Shown: one piece after another, positions 50,274 through 63,364 of the stretch
Position numbering within the stretch: the first letter of the stretch is position 1
Layout of the letters: the number at the start of each line of letters is the position of its first letter
Assembly: GCA_051294375.1 (NCBI GenBank)
Contig: CM119270.1
Location: 1,982,787-2,046,786, forward strand
DNA length: 64,000 bases
Direction of reading: 5' to 3'
DNA from: Paraspadella gotoi
Lineage: Eukaryota; Animalia; Chaetognatha
Translations under genes and position numbers: made by a program
Notes under the pieces: generated by a model
Databases searched by the model: none
The model's input: the letters and a program-made list of their open reading frames with translations, nothing else
Told to the model about the DNA's origin: nothing

Positions 50274-53200
50274 TTCATCGTCGTCGCTTGTTTCCTCTTC
50301 GTCATCTTCGTCATCGTCCTCTTCGTTGTCGTCGTCCTCGTCTTCCTCATCGTCGTCCTCTTCCCTCGTATTCGTCATATTGCTCTTCGTTATCGTCGTC
50401 GTCGTCGTCATCGTCATCTCTTCCACACTCAATCAATCTTCACCTTTTTAGACCAAAACGACGAAAATTTTGAAAAATGAAAAATGAAAAACGGAAGAAC
50501 AAAAAATTCTTCTTTTTCTCATCTTTCCTTTTTTCCCCTTTTTTTCCTTTCCTCCTTTTCCTCCTTTTTTCTTTCCTCCTTTTTTCTATTTTCCTTTCCT
50601 TTTTTTCTTTTTTCCTTTCCTTCTTTTTCTTCCTTTTTTCTTTCCCTCCTTTTTCCTCCTTTTTCCTCCTTTTTTTCTTTTTTCTTTCCTCCTTTTTTCT
50701 CCTTTTTTTGACTGACGGCGAAAATATTGTCCGGAAAAAACTACAAAAAAGGATTGAAGACGAAAAGTCGCCACGTTAATTTGTTAAATGCAAATAATTT
50801 GGATAGTGTATTAATTATATCAGGAACAATGTCACGATTGTTGTGAAAATTTCTATGTAACCATTTGCAATCGACTTTAATAATACATTNNNNNNNNNNN
50901 NNNNNNNNNNNNNNTTTCTTGGGAGGGACCGAGGAGGGGTTTTGTTTGTTCGTGGTCGAATGCACTTGATAATCAGTTAACATGAATTTAAAAATTAACG
51001 ATTTCGTTGCTATTTTACTTTTCGCCGCGAGTACTTCGCGAGCAACCTTTCCGCGATTTGGTCTCGACTCGCGGGGCATCTGGTCGGTCCGTTGCCAGTT
51101 TGCATCGTTTGATCCGTCGTGTCATCCAACGTCGGTCTATGTCCACTTAACTTAAAAATGATGAATTATTATTATTTTAGTTTGTTACTCATTTTGTTAC
51201 GACAGAAAAAACCTCAAATCTAAAGTGACTGCCAAGCGCCCGCTTCAGGAATTCCTTAAAACTGTAAGGAATAAAAAGATGGAAGGGAAAATAAAGTACT
51301 GCGGCGCAACAACATTGGAATCACCGTTCTTAATTTTATTTTCCTGAACTTTATTTCATGTTTTCACCCCTCTTTTTTTCCACCATCGCCTCCACTGATG
51401 ACCAATCACTCACATCTATCCACCCTCACACACCACCCGTCTTCCATTAACGACCCCCCTCTAACCCCTTCCACTCTCCACTCCACCCTCCACAAGCACC
51501 CACCCTCCAATCCTCCAATCTCCCTTCAATATATTTTCTGCCCCAAAAATTTCCATATTTCGTCGCTCCACAACTTTTTTCTTTTTCTTTTTCTTTTTTG
51601 CTTTTTCTTTTCTTTTTTTTTAAGGAAAAAAATATCAGTCAGGAGGGACGACGGACCGAAACGATGATGATGACAGACGATGATATGACGATGACGACAG
51701 GATAACAAAAAAAGGAAGCGATGATGACGACGATGATGAAAACGACAACCATAAACGACGACAAAGAGATTGAGATGACTACAAACCTAAGCCAATGACG
51801 ACCATGACACCGACGAAAACGACCATAGACGAACAGCGACACGAAGATGAGTATGACGATGACGATGATATTGACGATGACAGTTAAAGTTAAAATGACA
51901 TGAAACTATTCTTTACTTTTGTCTGTTCGCTCAAATGCTCACATGTTGGTCATTAATGGGTTATTTTTAATATAGAATCTCGATAAATGACAACCAAAGC
52001 AGCGTTTTTAAATAATAATTTCAAAATATTAATCAACATAATCAAGTTAAAAGTAAACACCAACCAAATAGAAAATTATGCTAAAGAAAAAAAAGAAATT
52101 AATTAATTTAATTATTTAATTTTTTTCGTTAGTCGAATTTGTGTCTCCACAATATTTTAAACGGTTTGGACTGGCGTGAAAAACGAAGGGGTGGTGACGA
52201 CGATGAAACGATGACGACGACGATGACGACGACGAGCAAAACGACGCAACTTTTTCTCCTGAGGTACTCATAAAGCGATAAGACTTTGTCTCCAAGGGAG
52301 AAAGCCCTAGAGTTTATACGAGAGAGAGAGAGAGAGCAAGAGAGAGAGAGAGAGAGAGAGTAGATCTCAGAGGAAGAGAGAAGAGAAGAGAGAAGGAAGA
52401 GTAGAGAGAGATGAGAGAGAGAATAAATTTTGAATGAAAAGATTTATAAACCTATCGCTGGTTAATATTTTATATAGAGGAAATTCTAGACTGTAATAAA
52501 TTAACTGAAGGTCGTTAATATATGGAATAGTACGTAAGTTAAGAAGGAACAGACTGACAAATATTATGTTTTAGGGTTATTAACAAATGAAACATCTGCT
52601 TGGAAACTTTAATCCGTACAGCTCTTATACGTTTAACATTCCCTCCGCTGATACACATTTAAATTAAAACTTTGCTATCATTTCTCTACATGTAAAGAGA
52701 GGTGGTCCGATGGTTTATAAAAAAAGTAAAATGTTTTCATAAATGAGGTGTTAGCTGTTCTTCAGTATATTTATCCGTCTTCGTCGTCGTCATCTTCGTC
52801 TTTGTCCTAATTATCGTCTGTTGTTCGTCTGTCGTTGTCGTCTTTGTCCTGATCGTACTTTTCTTGTTCTTGATCGTTTTTGTTGGCTCATCTCGTCGTC
52901 TTTGTCATATTTCGCGATCCAAAAAAAAAAATGTATGATCGATGAGATGGAACGAAATAAGGTCAAACATATTGATCGGACGACGACGACGATTACGAGG
53001 ACGATGATGACGACGACGACGATGCATGATGACGACGATTTTGATTTGTGCATGATTATATTTTGAGGCGTATGAGTCTCGGTTGCAGATGATGATATAA
53101 GAAACTATTATTTTCAACAGTAATTTGAGCTTTTAAAAAAAAAGAAAAGAGAGAGGGAAAGTAAGAGTAGATAGGAAGAGAGAGACGAGAAGAGAGAGAG

Positions 53201-53327
53201 AGGGAGAGAGAGAGAGAGACGCAGGAGACGAGACGAGAGGAGAGGGAGAGAGAGAGAGTGGACGAGAGAGATATTGAGAGATGAGTAGAGAGAGAGATAG
53301 AGAGCAGACGATAGAGAGTGGAGAGAG

Positions 53328-53371
<44 letters not shown>

Positions 53372-56300
53372 GACGAGAGGAGAGAGAGAGAGAAAGTGTG
53401 TCTGCGTTGGGGTTGGACGCGCTAACGGGGCACCCGGGAGCCATTTAGAGGTCCAGAGCGGCCCCGAAACCAGAGAAGGCTGAAAAGTCATAAAGGAAAA
53501 AAAGAAAAAAGATTGAGGGGAGAAAATAAATTTCAAAGGAAAAAAAAAAATTGGGGTTGGGGACTTCTGTTTTGTAAATATAATGACAACCCAAAAATAT
53601 ACACATTATAAAATAAGCCCTTGATAAAGTACCAAAAAGAGATATAGACCGCAAACGAGAGAGGGTGAGAGACATGAGTTGAGTAAGTAAAGAGAAGAAG
53701 AGAGACGCTGAGGCAGAGAGAGAGAGAGTAGAGAAAAATATTAAGCTCGCGTTCCGCAAGTCTATTATTTATTTTATTCCGCGCGGCTTTGCATTTGTAA
53801 TCAGCTTGTATATACCTTGTGTCATACAACTGTCCTTTGACCAATAAACATAGAGAAATCTAATTAAATGAAATAAAGTAAACAAATGGAAAGAGTGGGC
53901 GACGTAGAAAAGAGAGAGAGAGAGAGACGACGATGAGACGAGAGAGAGAGAAAGAGGACGAGATGAGAGAGAGAGCTGACGAGAGAGAGAGAGAGATAGA
54001 GAGAGGAGAGAGGAGGGAGGGATGCGAAAATGATTGGACAGTCCGCCTCGGCAAGATAGAGAGTATTGATTGCGTGGGGTGTGGGAGCAGCATAGAGAAA
54101 GAAAAGAAGAGAGAGAGAAGAGAGAGAGAGGAGAGGAGAGAGAGAGAGGGAGGAGGAGAGGAGGAGAGAGAGAGAGATTCCTCAACTGAAATTATTGTTT
54201 TTTCCAAGTGCGTTAATAAATCAAGACGTTGAAGAGGTAGAAGTGTTAAATCAAAAATTACTCATCTTCTCTTCTCTCTCTTCTCTCTCTTCGTCTCTCT
54301 CTTCTCTCTCTCTCTCCTCTCTCTCTCTCCTCTCTCTCCTCTTCTCTCCACCCGAACGGAATGAAGAGACTCATTTTTAATCTTTTTCTCGGTTTCTTCA
54401 TTAAAAAATCATTTCGTTTCGTTTTTCTTTTTCTTTTTCTTTTTCTTTTTCTTTTCTTTTCATTCTTTTCTTCTTTCTTTTTTCTTTTCTTTTCTTTTTT
54501 TTTCTTCTCTTTTCTTTCTTCTTCTTTTCTCTTTCTTTTCTTTTTTTCCTTCTTTTCTTTTTTCAAGTCGACTAAATTTGTAACTCATTGATTGTAAGGT
54601 CGGTCGTGAAAAGTATTTTAACGAAAGTCGCAATGAATAATTAATTATTAAATTAAATCTTCCCGAAGCAGGCACCCACTTCCTCCCATCCTCCCCCACT
54701 CCGCCCCCCTTACCCCACCATCCACAATTAACCACCATTGTTCCACCACCCATTACCCTTTCTTTACTACTGAACATAATCGCTCTCATCGACTTTTGTC
54801 ATTATTCCAAAATAAGTCATAACTTTTCCCTTCGCTCTCTCCCTTCGCTTGGTTTCCTCTTTTGAATCATTCTGAAACATCGACGCGATAAAAATCTTTG
54901 TCGTGTCGTTTATCGTTATCATTCGTCCGTCATTGCTTTTCATCATGATCGTCAGGCATCGTCATTATTCATAGTCTATTATCCATTGCCGGTGTCATCA
55001 AAATTTTGAATTACATAAACCGTAATCGTCGTCCGCTTTCTATAGTTGTATGAATTGTAATAATATACTAATGTCATTATTATCTAATCTCTTTCAACGT
55101 GTTTGTCATTATATTGACATCATTATCACCCTCATTCATTGTTGCATAACATTTCATCATGTCGTTGTCATAATTCGTCAATTTGAAATCACTGTCTCAT
55201 TTAATCGTGATAGTCTTTCGTCATCGCCGTTTTATCTCTTTATCGTTGGTGCTCATCATCATCATCATCATCTCATCTCAATCATCATCATCATTCATCA
55301 TCATCATCATAATCATCATCGTCGTCGTCGTCGTCGTCGTCGTCCTTCGTTTTCGCCCGTTAAATAACATCGAGCCGAAACGTTGGATTTACTGTCGTCA
55401 TTATTTTCTTTTATTTTCTTTTATTTCTTTTATTTTCTTTATTTTCTTTTATTTCTTCATATTCATCTTCCCTCCAAAGAAAAAAGCGACCATCTCGGAT
55501 TTATTTTCATTTCATGTGAGACTCAAAAGAAATTTGTTTGTCGCGTTGATTCCAAAATTTCTTTGCTGCTTCTTGACGCTGAAGAAATTTTTAGCTTGTG
55601 GATATCAGGAAGAGGAAGAAGCAGAAAAAAAGTGAAATTTGGTGGAAGGGAAAGCCGATTACTGTGAGTGTGGGGGGGGGAAGGAATGACTAGACGGCGT
55701 TGAATAATAATCTCAAGAATCGGCATGGAACGAAGAGGGGAAAGTCATTAGTATTATAACTAAAATATTGTTCATCTCCAGCAAATATAAACTTAAAAAA
55801 GGCGTCAAGAAGCAGATTTGACTTGATGTTAAAAAATCATAATCATTTGATGACATAAAAAAATGACACGAATTAAAACTGGAAAGTAGAGGATGTCAAA
55901 TGGTACGATTTGCAGTTCAGAAACCAATGTTAAAAAGCCAGGGTCTAATACATTTGAAAGTTAGCGTAGTATTATAATGTCCAAGGTAGAAACGAAAGAT
56001 GTTCTAGAAACAGCATTAAATCTATGTTCAAGCTGCAACTTCTAACAATGTCAAGAAACGCCTATTAAAATATGTACCATAAAAATTGACCGGTGCGAAT
56101 GTTCATTGATAAAACAGCATTGAATTATGTCAGGGAGCAACATTGTTATAATGTCATGTCACGAAACATCAACGTAATAACTAATGACACCCATTCGACG
56201 ACCAGCGGCGGACATTCAATCTTGTAAATCGGACGCGGAACGATTTTCTCCGCTCGAGTTACACAAAGATATTATAACCTTTAATTCGGTTTTTTTTTTC

Positions 56301-57480
56301 CTTCTGTAGGACGATTGAATAAAAAAAAAATGGTTGGGAAGTTTAAAAATCATTAAATCCTGACAGGTTAATGGGAAATCGGTCTGGTTTATGTTGCTCG
56401 ACGCCCATAATAATCGTTTTGCTTCCAGAAATCGGACACTTATTTTAAATTGCTCTATCGCTTCCTAACTCTGGAAGAAACGGCGAGTGAGGGAGGAAGA
56501 GAGAGGGGAAGGGGCGAGAGGGAGAGTTAGAGGAGAGAAGGAGTGGATGGGAGGAGAAGGAAAGTGTGGGGGAGAGGAGGCGGGGGAAGGAGCCGGAGTG
56601 TCGAGGAAAGTGCAGGGGCGTGAGAGAGAGTGCAAACTGGTAGGGCCGATATATTGGGATCGGTGAGGGGGTGCTATCACGGGGGAGGCTGACGCTGTGC
56701 GGGAGGTTGCAGGGTCGCGTGTGGAACTGCTGGTAGAGAAGAGGGAACTGGAAGTGAGAGGGTTAGGATAGGATGTCTGGGTTCGAGGTGGAAGAGGAGG
56801 AAGAGGAGGAAGGGAGGGAAGAGAGGGAGGAAAGGAGTGGATATAGAGGAGAAGAGGAGGAGAGGGAGAAAGGACGAGGAGGAAGAGAGCGGAGGAAGGG
56901 AGAAAGGGGAGAGGGAGGAAGAGGAGGAAGAGGAGCGGGAGGAAGGAGGAAAGGAGAGGGAGGAAGATAAAGAGGGCAGGAGAGGAGGAAGGAGGAAAAG
57001 GAGGGAGGAAGAGAGGGAGGAAAGGAGGAAAAAAGGGTGGAAGCGAAGTGAAGGAGAGGGAGGAAGGAGGAAAAGTGAGAAAAGGGAATGAGGAATTGAG
57101 AAGGGAAAGGGGAAAAGAGTGAAATAGCGAAAAATTAAGAGAGTGGTTTTTTTATACAATTGAAACATTACTTTTGAACTTTATATTTCATTGTGAGAGA
57201 GTCTTAGATAGAGAGCATGCAAGGAACCTGCTATTATATATATGTTATGAATGGTACAACCAATATATTATATTATGAAGGAGGGTTTTCAGGCTTCAAC
57301 ACCGTCCCGTAAAAAAATTGTGAATTGACTGACGCACTCTGGGGGTGAACGGTTTAAAAAAAGGAAGGAAATGAAAAAGTGAAGAATGCAGAAAGAAGGG
57401 AGAGTAAGTAGAAATGATGGTAAAGAGAATGAAAGGAAATTAAAAGTAATTAAATACGAAGAAAGAAAAAATAAATATAT

Positions 57481-58230
57481 TGAAGAGGTGGTTTTACAGG
57501 GCGCCACACCCGCGCTCGGTATCACTTCGTGGGCGACAGCGAGACAGCATGTTTCATGTAGTCCAGAGCTTTGGATCTGGCAGTAGGGCCATGCCTACAG
57601 GCGGGGTTACCCGGTCCATCCCACTTTCTACATGAACACAACCTCAGGGCTCGAACCAGGAACGCACAGTTGGGATTGCGCTCATTTATGTCCACTGGAG
57701 CCACTGAGGGCGCTGCGAAAGGAAACAGCTTTAATCCATCTGTGTGAAATAGGACCACCAGACAGCGCCCCCAGGACTTCTCGGCATTCATGAGAGTACG
57801 AAGCAGGGGGATGAAGGCATGGTCTCTCCGCTGAACCTCTCTTCATTCTGGTGGCCTTGCTTTTGAGTTGGCAGCTGGCGTAGCTCAAAACCACATCAAG
57901 GGCAGAGGAGTATTATCATGCCCGGTGTGCGGTGTTCGGGATCACGTCGGGCTCACCATTGAAGAGGCTGGTTTTAACAGGGACCCCACACCCGCCAGCG
58001 GAAACACCTCGTGGCGACAGCGAGACAGCATGTTCATGTAGTCCAGAGCTTTGGATCTGGCAGTAGGGCCCATGCCTACAGGCGGGTTACACCGGTCCAT
58101 CCCACTTTCTCACATGACAACCTCAGGGCTCGACCAGGACGCCACATTGGGATGGTGCATTAGTTCACTTGAGCCACTGAGCGGCGTAAAGAAACAGCTT
58201 TAACCATCTGTGTGTGATAGGACCACCAGA
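57481..58230 (-). mobile_element. Terminal-repeat retrotransposon in miniature (TRIM, 750 bp) whose LTRs contain a tRNA-derived Pol III promoter (Helenus/TRIMp3-like architecture)
   Basis: Two ~270-bp direct repeats (57481-57762, 57960-58230) flank a 197-bp non-coding interior. The minus-strand LTR ends in CA. One nt later comes the PBS TGGTGAGCCCGACGTGAT, complementary to the tRNA-Trp 3' end. A short G-run (CTGGGGGCG) precedes the 3' LTR. Flanks are ATAT. Confidence 0.85.
57941..57958 (-). other. Primer-binding site for tRNA-Trp
   Basis: Plus strand ATCACGTCGGGCTCACCA versus the metazoan tRNA-Trp 3' end ATCACGTCGGGGTCACCA (17/18, tRNA sequence recalled from memory). Confidence 0.85.
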
Positions 58231-58979
58231 AATATATTTCAAAACTTAAAGCTTCTATAAATTAGATTTTTTTTCAAAGGAGAAATATTTCATAACATCC
58301 TTATTCTCCACGAGAAGACATTAACTTTATACAAACTACACTAAGCTCTCAAAACTTTAATTCCCATATTGAAATAAAAATGAAGCCAACTGCAAAGTCA
58401 AGGATATTGAAAAAAAAAGAGGGCTGCCTTCAAAAGGCAACTCTTAGTCGCCGAACATCAAACTCACTTTTCAAATCTAAATTTTTTTCCCTTTCGTAAT
58501 TTTTTTTCTGTCCCAGCAAATGTTTTTTTGCGAGAGTCAATGGTGAAATCCAAAGCAAAGTATCTGGAGCAAAACGTTTTGCGTGAATGACTTTCTTTAA
58601 AAAACTGTTTGGCAACCGGGTTTTTTTTATTAAGTTTGGGTGATATTATTTTGGAGAATAGTAATTGAATACGTAAGCGAGATGTTTTAAAAAAATTAAA
58701 ATGCTTTAATTAAAGTATGGGGGAAAAATGTTTTTAGATAACATTGCTAACATGTTTTCTGTGAATGTCTAACTGAATTTTATTCAGTGAATGTTTTTTG
58801 CGAATGTTCTTTACAATGTTCTCGTTGATGTGCTCGTTTAATGTCTCAGTGAATGTCTTCCATGAATGTTTCGGTGAAAAAAAAAAACTTTTTCCTTTTG
58901 ACTCAATCCTCGTTTTCAAGTTTCTGGGAAAAACATTCGAAGGAGGATAAATATGGCATCTCTCTCTCTCTCTCTCTCT

Positions 58980-59045
<66 letters not shown>

Positions 59046-62000
59046 TGACTTTCATCTCTCTCTTCTTGAATCTCCGTCTTTGGCAGAGCGAAAAAACCCT
59101 TCAAAGGAAAAAGTCCAGAACGAAAAAAATTCCACGAAGACATTAAATTTTTGACTCCGAAAAATCGAGATAAAGATAAAGATATTTATTAATGAATGAT
59201 GATTTATATTTGGTATAACCAATTACATACTTAAGGGAGTGGTTCTTTTCATACAATTGAAACATTCTTTGAAAATATTATACCACTTCATCGATAAGGG
59301 AAGCCAGGTTGACTGGGAGTGAATAAATAAGACTGCTGAGAGAGTCTTGATTGAAGCTTGCAAATCCTGCTATGTATTATTCTGTGTAAGTGTGATGGAG
59401 GCCTTAAACACCAAAGCCTGTCAAAGTCAGGGACAAGGATAGCTTATTTATTAAATGAATGGATTAATTTTTATACTGCGTTGTTACCAATTTCTATAAA
59501 TATTTTTAGAATTTGTTAGTCGATTTGAAGAAAGAAAAAAAAAAAGGTTAGCATCATCTTTTGATTTGAGGTTTTTTCTCCTGTTCTTAACAAATGAGCA
59601 ACCAACTATATGCAAGTTATGAGCATTTTTAAACGTAAGAGGACAGAATCGACGAAAGGACATACTGACGAACCGACGATACGAGCCGACCGACGGGACC
59701 GACAGGAAAAGTGACTCATAGAATTGCCCCACGAGTATTAGCGGTGCAACTTAAAGCGGAAAAAATATAGAAATAAATAAAACCGGGAAATGAAATTGAC
59801 ATTTGAAGTAGAAAGTCGAAGGCGCGAAGAAAAGTCTGACGGTTCGTAGTGTGCCCAGCTGTGCCGGTGGGGCTGTAGCGAGTCGGGTGTGTCAGGCTGG
59901 GGTTTGTTTGCACTGAGAGGCGCTAAGTCATGGTGCGCCAGGGTTGGAGGGAACCCGTTGGGGGATGATCACCGTCATGGGATGTGCCGATCAAGTGTGT
60001 CCATTCGTAGGTGTGCCTTTGTTGATTTGCTGCCAACGCCAAGTGTGCAACATTCGTTCCGTTCAGCGACGCGAAAGTTGAGACCCAAATTGATTGGTTT
60101 TTAATTCTTCGGATTTTTTTTTCCCGTTCGATTTTTTTTAGAGTGTCGAACGCGACGCGACAAAGATGACGACGAGGAAGACGATGACACTTAGAGAAGA
60201 ATAGTGACAATTAAAAAGACGAGCAGAGATGAGACCAAAACAAAAGATGACGACGACGACGACGGACTATGATCAGATTTTGAGTATTTTTTTTTTTTTT
60301 AGTATTTAAGAAGCTTGAGAACCTTACTTCAATCCACCCCAATGGAAAGTATTTACATAGGTAAACAAGTTACAAATAGAATATTTTAAAGGTACAAAAT
60401 TTATGCCAGAAAAACCAGAAAAAAGGAAAAAAGGAAAACAGAAATCGAATTAAAAATTCCGCGAAAGTTAAAAACAAAATAAAAGGACAAAACTGATTTT
60501 CTTTTTTCTTAAACAAGAACGTAATTCAAATGTGTTTAGCGCCGGACATGACATGACATGATATATATGAAATATGATCTTGCCATGACTAAAAAAAACT
60601 TTCTTAGCCCACGACTGCCCCGGAATTACGTTCTTTGTTTTTTTTAATTTTAGGATTTCCTGAAGGCGGCGCTACGTAGTCCCTTAATTTTTTCCCTCTT
60701 AACAATAGGTCATTTGAGCAACCAACTATAGTAGTAAGTTAACAATGGCGACCGGAAGCACGACCGAAGCGACGGCGACGACGATCCGACGAGTTACCTT
60801 GCGAACATCGCCGACCACCGAAGCCGACTACAATCGAGCCCGACGAATCGGTCACGACCGACACGGAAGATCGACCGACCGCCGACCCGCACGCACCGAT
60901 CCGCACGACCGACCGGACCGACCGACCGACCGACGACCGACGACCACCGACCGACGCGACCGACCGACCGACCGACCGACCGACACGAATTGATCCGCGA
61001 GTACTCCTCGGCGCAACTCAAACCAATCAAAGATTTTAAAAAAATCCTGTTTTGGGAAAATATGTTAAAACGATTTTGAGACTCGATAATTATTTATAAT
61101 TAAAAAACATCTTGCGGAGAGGGAAGCGAGACGAAGGACCGTGAGAAAATTGGCGAGTGATATAGGAATGATGTCTTAGAAAAGGTATATATTACTAGAA
61201 TATTATTAAGTCATTTAAATAGTTATTATAACACACATTTGATTAAATCAAAGTGAAACGTTATTATAAGAAACTAAACAAAATTGAAGATGGGGACCTC
61301 TTCTCTGTTTCTGGGTTTTATTCCTCTTGAATTATATTATTAATTTTCAAATTTTTCCTCTTGAATATAGAAAAATAAATATACTTATGTAAAATGATAT
61401 CTGTATAGAAATAAGTAGAGCAGAAATATAAGAAAAGTTTTATTAAAAAAAAAATATGGTTACTGCTTAATGTAAAGAGAAAATCTTCAGGAGATGAAGT
61501 TTCCCATTTGCTATGTCACCTCAATCAGGGGAGAGGAGAAAGTAAGAGAGAGAGGAAGAGAGACGAGAGGAGAGAGAGGAGAGAGATTAGAAGAGAGAGA
61601 GCGGATGGCCTCGTATTCGTTACCCCGTCAAACGTCCCTGTTTTGGGTCTGCTTATTCGAATAAGATTAAAGGTTTTTCGTCGTCTGTCGTCTTATTCTT
61701 TCGTCGCGCTTTTTTTCGTATGAGTTTGTGTCGTCGCGCGTCTTCTCTTCTACTCATCGTTGCGGTTTTTGACCTGCACACTCCCGTGTGATCGTCGTCT
61801 CGCGCTGTCTCGTCACTCGTCGCTTTCCTTCGTCATCTTCGATCGTTCGTGTCGTCTCGTCCCATCGTCGTCCTTTCGATGCTTGCTCGTACGTCGTGTC
61901 TGTCGTGACGTATCGTCTTCACTTCATCGTTTTGTTTCGTCGTTTTTGAACAGCCTTGCCCTCATCTCAACATCCCCGTCGTTCGCGTCGTCGTCTCGTC

Positions 62001-62661
62001 GACGTCGTCGTCTCTTTCAATCGGTCGTGCTTGTTTCCTCTTCGTCATCTTCGTCATCGTCCTCTTCGTTGTCGTCTTCCTCGGTCTTCCTCATCGTCGT
62101 CCTCTTCCCTGTATTCGTCAATTTGCTCTTCGTTATTCGTCTTCGTCGTTGTCGTCATCGTCATCTTCTTCCACCTCAATCAATCTTCACCTTTTATAGA
62201 CCAAAACGACGAAAAATTTTTGGAAAAATGAAAAATGAAAAAAACGGGAAGAACAAAAAATCTTCTTTTTCTCATCTTTCCTTTTTTCCCCTTTTTTTCC
62301 TTTCCTCCTTTCCTCCTTTTTCTTTCTTCCTTTTTCTATTTTCTTCCTTTTTTTCTTTTTTCCTTTCCCTTCTTTGTTCCTTTTTCTTTACCCCTCCTTT
62401 TCCTCCCTTTTTCCTCCTTTTTTCTTTTTTCTTTCCTCCTTTCTCCTTTTTTGACTGACCGGGCGAAGAATATTGTCCGGAAAAAAACTTACAAAAAAGG
62501 GACTGAAGACGAAAAAGTCGCCACGGTTAATTTGTTAAATGCAAATTAATTTGGGATAGTTGTATTAATTATATCGAAAACAATGTCACGATATGATTTG
62601 TGAAAATTTCTAGTATACCATTGCAATCGACTTTAATAATACATTTGATGAGAGAAGAGAG

Positions 62662-62722
<61 letters not shown>

Positions 62723-62880
62723 AGAGCATGGAGAGTGTGGTGTGAGCTGTGTTATTAAAATTGAGAAAATTGAATATAAAACTAAAATTCTAAAAGAACG
62801 TGAAATTAGTTTTTGCTAATTCGCATCATTTCACAAAATAATCAAATAATGGTACAGGCTTCTTTAATTGAAAAAAGTAA

Positions 62881-62940
62881 ATTGATGATTGATTGATTGA
62901 TTGATTGATTGATTTATCGATCGATTTAATGATTGATTAA
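62881..62940. repeat. (GATT)n microsatellite
   Basis: Tandem GATT run. Confidence 0.9.
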
Positions 62941-63328
62941 ATGAATGTTTTCGACTCCAATAAATGTTTAATCTTTAATGTTTAATCTCTTGATGAGTGC
63001 ACAAACATAAAAAAATAAATCAACCAAGAACGCATGAGAATATTAACTTACTAGTTACTACAACAATAATTATCATTCTTATCATTTTTATCACTATTAT
63101 CACAACAATTACAGGGATATCACCGAAGGTAATGACAACACAAAACAGCTGCAATCGAAAACAAAATCTAATTTTGGTTGAGTTTTTTTCCTCTTTTCTC
63201 GTAGCTTTTAACAATTTCTTTCTTTTTTTTTCTCTTTCATTTTTAATCCGATTATTTCCTCTTCTTGGGATTATTTTACCAAAAACCTTTTTCCCTTTTT
63301 TCGTCACGGCTTGCCGGTTTTCCGTCAG

Positions 63329-63364
63329 TCTGTCTGTTCATCCATGGCCATTATGTTTAATGAG
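63329..63364 (+). CDS. Candidate 36-nt micro-exon (SVCSSMAIMFNE), or a first exon starting at ATG 63344
   Basis: Pyrimidine-rich upstream sequence, acceptor ttttccgtcag|, strong donor GAG|GTAAGA and ccATGG context. Signals only. Confidence 0.22.

Larger units (their letters stand above)
38418..50889 (+). repeat. First copy of a ~12-kb tandem duplication
   Basis: Starts TTTCTTGGG...GGGGTTTGTTTGTTCGTGG and ends GACTTTAATAATACATT. Colinear with 50915-62646 across a 25-N gap. Confidence 0.93.
50915..62646 (+). repeat. Second, noisier copy of the ~12-kb tandem duplication
   Basis: Colinear with 38418-50889 with many single-base indels. It supplies sequence where copy 1 has N gaps (43158-43716, 49125-49353). 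Confidence 0.93.

Noticed and set aside
8791-54789. Numerous ER/RE-, LS- and F/K-rich ORFs and X-filled ORFs in the track
   Set aside because: They are translations of (GA)n, (TC)n, A/T-rich low-complexity tracts or N gaps.
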